This document shows positions 59,601 through 64,000 of a stretch of DNA of 64,000 nt, in pieces. The stretch's first letter is position 1, and each line of letters begins with the position of its first letter. Origin of the DNA: Lama guanicoe (Eukaryota); NCBI GenBank assembly GCA_013239625.1, contig MU053216.1, positions 1,118,001 through 1,182,000 on the forward strand. Direction: 5' to 3'. The notes beneath the pieces are model-generated. The model was not told where the DNA came from. It made no database searches and saw only the letters and a list, made by a program, of their open reading frames with translations. Made by a program: the position numbers and the translations under genes.

Positions 59601-61663
59601 CGAGGCTCACTCACTCCCCGCGCGTCCAGGGCCTCCGCTTCCCCCTCTGATGGCCCAGCCAGCTGCGCTTTCTGCCCCGCATTGATCCCCCCCCTCCCGG
59701 CTTGTTTACTGGCTCCCTCCCCAGCTGAAATGCAAACCCCACGAGAGCGGTTCTGTCTTGTTTAGTGAGGGGAGCGCGGTGCTTGGCACTCTGGATGGAT
59801 GAATAACCACCCCCCGCCCCCAGAGGGTCTACAAGTAACCCTCCCCCGCCTCTAACTGGGGTGGGGACAGGTCCCCAACCCCTCGGCTTGCTTTCAGGAG
59901 GGCACGCTGGGGACCCCTCTGTAGGTGTGACGACAGGAAGGCAGGGGAAAGACGCCCGCCCATCAGGGTTCTGTGCGAGAAACCGGAGGGAGGAGATGGG
60001 TTCCAGACCAAGGGGCCCGCGAGCTTCCCAACAGAGCGGGTCCCAGGGAGCAACCCCCGTGACGGGGAGCAAGCGTTAGAGGCGAGACTGGTCACAGCCT
60101 CCAGGTGAGGGGCTAAAAGTTGAGGGGTGGGCTGTCCTAGCTGCACGTTCCCGCCGGAGCCATCCACACGCCCGCTTCGGGATGGAGAGGAGGGTTGGCT
60201 GACATCTGAAGACGCAAAGAGAGCAAGGTCAGCACCAACACCAGCTTCTCTGCTGATCAGCAGCTCAGCCCGCAACCCAGATCAGAGCTGCAAAGTGTTG
60301 AAACTCCCTCAGGTGATGAAATATTCTCAGCACAAATCCTGGAGCAACAGCAGGAAGTAACCGCGGGGTACAGGGGGACGCCTGTCACCGTGACGTGAGA
60401 GACTGAGTTGCGCTTTCCAAGTGGCTTGGTGAGGCCCGAGGGGCGCGCTCGTCCCCCCTCGGGTGGGGGAGCCAAGCCCAGGAGGTCTGAGTGCTGTTGG
60501 CAGATGTCTTTTCTTTAACCTCCTGCAAATGTTCTCACCGTAGTCCGTCCCCACGCAGTTGATTTCCCAAACATGGCTGCAAATAAACGCTTGATGTAGT
60601 TTGCAAAGATGGAGCCCGGCATTCTGGGAGGCGTGTGCTGCCCTCAGAGTCCAGCGGCGGTGGAGGGCCAGGCCGGCCTGAAGTCTTGGCCCGGACAGCA
60701 GCCAAGTGCCCAGCGTAGTGCCGGCTGCCACCTCGGCTCTTGCACGTGTGGGCATCTCTAAGCTCCCAGCAGTCCTGCGAGGGGGAGTGCTGTCCCCGTT
60801 TTGCAGAGGGGATCTGAAACACTGAGAGGTGAGGGGAGTCCTGAACGACTCCATGTCAGAGGTGGGGAGGGAGCCAGGAAGACATGCCTCTTCGCCCCTC
60901 AAAACAGGGGTTTCTCCATGTACAAGATGGAGACCCAGTCTGCTCGCCTTTGAGGCTGACGAACTGCCCCTATGGGACTTCCTCCTAGGAACCGGAAATG
61001 GCTGAAGGAAAAGAAAGAAAGGGAGGAAGAGAGAGGAAGAGAAACCCCTCAACCCCCAAGAAAAGACGAGAAAAGGGAGCCTGCAGAGGAGCACCCCTGG
61101 TGCCAGCCACGAGGGGTGGTGGCAGGGCCCCTTGTTCTGCTGGCTCAGTGCCACCTTCTGGAGCTACTCCTTCCAAACGCCCAGCCGGCACCAGCAAGTC
61201 ATCCCAGGACCCAGAGCTGCACAGCACCTCCCTGCCCTTTTTCTAAAATGCTCACACCTCCGGCAGTCCCCACAGTTAATTTCGGAAGGCACCCCAGGCT
61301 CCCCATCAACCACATCCCAGGGGACCACCTGCCAGCCCAGGTCGTCAGATACTTGCTCCCGGGAGATTGGCAGGAGCCGGCTGGATTTCATTAATGCCCA
61401 TGGCGGAAAAGGGCTTTGCTGCCTGGTGATGGATGTGGGCTCCTGGAGGGACTCCCCACAGGGCGCCGGCATGGTGGCTGCGCGGAGCCAGGAGCCTGCC
61501 GACCCAAGGCCCAGATTGTGTCCACCCTGGGGACAGCAGCCCTGGTACCCGTCTCCCTGCTGGAGAAAGCCCTCCGGGGGCCTCTTGCCCGTTTTCCCCT
61601 TGCACGAGCTTGATCTGACCCACAGCATTGGGGGATGGTGCCCTGGCCTCTTGGGTCCCCCCC

Positions 61664-61732
61664 TTTTTATTGTTAATGGAAGGACTGGGGGTTGAACCCA
61701 GGACCTCATGCCTGCTAAGCACACACTCTGCC
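61664..61732 (-). mobile_element. Partial Vic-1-like SINE
   Basis: Minus strand ggcagagtgtgtgcttagcaggcatgaggtcctgggttcaacccccagt..., same family as the copy at 20405. Confidence 0.75.
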
Positions 61733-64000
61733 TTCCAGGGATCTTTGTCTGGTGGGCTTTCCTCTGCTCTCCAAGGATGATTCCACTGACAATGCAGTGA
61801 AGGCTGGCTTCCCCCGAACCTGGCCCGGACCTACCCGTCCGCAGGGGGTTGGGAGCAGAAGGTGAGATCTCAGACCTCCTGGGGGCCACCCTCCACTTTA
61901 CTTACAAAATTATGGGGATGAGAAAAATTGCCCTTCCATGAATGCCGTCTCCTGGTTGACTTTTGGAGACTAGTTTAAAATGACCTTAGGCTAAAAGGAC
62001 CAAGCCCACAAGCTGAACAGAAAAAAAAATCCAGGAGAGTTCAGGATGGTGGGACAGACGGGAACTGCCAGCGCTGTTGTTTCGTGGTCTGTGCTGGTGG
62101 ACATCCACGATCTGGAACAGTGGGAGGGGGTCTGTCCGCGGACTTGCAATTATGCAGATAACCGTGGCTGTAACTTCCCGGGTGTGTGAGCAGAGTCTAG
62201 TCTCGAACTTTTGGAGCATCTGTTCCCTCACTGGGAAAGGGGGTGACACTGATCCCAGTGGAAGGGCAATGGACTCTCGAATCAGACAGGCTCAGGTTTA
62301 ATACCACTTTGACTACCTGGAGGCTGTGAGCCTGGAGTGACTGGACACAGGGGAGTGGAGGAAATTGTATCAGCGAGGCAGGGGCTCACCCATCACTGCG
62401 CCGCAGGCTGTGGGATGACCGGCATTTTTCGCCGACCAGGGTGGGGATGTGCGGTGGTGATCTGAGCAGAGGGCCGCAGGGTCTGGCGTGTTTTGGAAGG
62501 ACCACTCTGGCCACTGGGTTGCGAACAGACTGAAGGGAAACAAGAGTGGATGCGAGCGGCCCTGCAACAGTCCAGTAGAGGTGGGGCGGCCCGGGCTGCG
62601 GGGCGCGGAGACCGAGGCGGTGGTCAGCGTCTGGACGCGCCTGCAGGCAGACGGATGCAATTGAGGGCTTGTCACTGTTTGTCGTTACCTGTTGGGTGGT
62701 TATTTCAAGTGTTGATCTATTCCACTAGACTGGAAGCTCCAGGGGCAGAATTCACGTGTCTTATTCGTCAATGGGACCAGCTCAGCCACACCTGATGAAG
62801 GACGGTGAAACCTGGGCACCTTGCCCATGGCTGCACCGGTTGTGCCCCCGAGCCGGACCTCCTGCCCACCGGCTCCACTCCTCCCCGGCACTTCTACTCC
62901 AGGGCCAAAGGACTGAGGTGGGGGTCGGGGGGCTGCAGCCACGAACAAAGGGGCCCGGAGAAGCAGGATGGAGGCCAGGGGCAGGGATGTGGAAGAAGGA
63001 AGCCAGCATCCCGCAGAGTCCCAGGGTCGAGAGAGGGAGGGCTGACGGGAGGTGGGGTGGCTGAGGGAGGGGGGACAGACCCACGGCGGGAAACAGGCTT
63101 TTCCCAACAGGACAGTGTGGGTGCAGCCCACCTACGACACAGTTCGCTGCATGGTGGGGGCGGGCTTCACTTCAGACACAGGAGCTGGGGGCTTGCTCCT
63201 CCCTGGGCACCAAGGTTGAAGGCCTGTGTCTGAACACACACATGCCAACACACGCACATGCAAATGCGCACACACGTACACACGCATGTCGGTACCAGGC
63301 AGCTCGGCCTTCAGACAGTGCGCGCCTCCTGAAATGGGGTGCCTCTCCTGCCCCTGGGTCTGACCTGGAGAGGCCTGGTGTCCTGGCAGCACACCTCTGA
63401 GGACCTTGCCTAGTCCTTCCAACCCAAGGTCCCCCTGCTGCCTTTGAGCCCCGTCTCGAGGTCACTTAACTGCCCTGAATCGGGGTCACTTTGTCTCTGC
63501 CAAGCGCCATTCTTCAGAGCTGTGCAGGCCCTTCTCTGCCAGAACCCTCATCTGGTTAATTCCCCTGGCCTCGGTTCCAGCCCGCGCCCCGCCGCCATTC
63601 CAGCATCACACACGCGCCAGGCAGTGTGCCCCGTCCCCCTCTCTGCCACACACACCGTCACAGGCCCCGTGTGCTCCGCGAGGAGAGGCCGCCGCCTCCT
63701 TCCCCCTGGGCTTGTCCCCTCCGCAGCCATCCTGGGCTCGGTCCAGGAATCACTTGGCCTTGGTGTTTTGCCAGGAGAAGGGAGCCTGAAGGCAGAAACC
63801 CTGGCTGACTAAGCCTATCGCTCTGTGAGGGGCCGAGGGGGCCGACAATGGTGGGAGGGGGCTGGTCCAGGCCACCTTCCCTCCTGAGCGACCTACAGGC
63901 GGCTGCCCTTCACCCGCCCGAGCAGATTTAACACCTCTTAGCTCTGGCGTTTAATGAGCTGCCCAGCCTGTTAATTGCTTCGTCAGCTTTTCTGCCAGGG

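Noticed and set aside
53400..64000. Upstream ORFs; possible neighbouring gene exons
   Set aside because: No recognisable coding sequence or promoter-type CpG island; mostly unique GC-rich DNA and repeat fragments.

Overview
GC-rich mammalian genomic DNA, probably camelid (two Vic-1-like tRNA-derived SINE copies). The window holds one complete multi-exon gene on the minus strand, IGFN1, a muscle protein with Ig and FN3 domains. I traced it exon by exon from ATG 50870 to TAG 23043, and all splice phases are consistent. A candidate TATA box and non-coding exon 1 lie near 53.3 kb, and a poly(A) signal at 22617. Exon numbers below assume that non-coding exon 1. There are three main anomalies. (1) The 6015-bp giant exon contains a 108-bp coding minisatellite whose first 8 identical units each carry an in-frame TGA, so the long isoform is truncated unless splicing avoids them. 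(2) The next exon is tandemly duplicated (213-bp period) with both splice sites intact. (3) A perfect (GGGGCT)30 hexamer has expanded inside an intronic Tigger5-like DNA transposon. The flanks are intergenic, with L1, L2, MIR, MLT1 and MER repeats. Most short ORFs in the track are GC-content noise. Repeat-family names and human comparisons are from recall, not from database searches.
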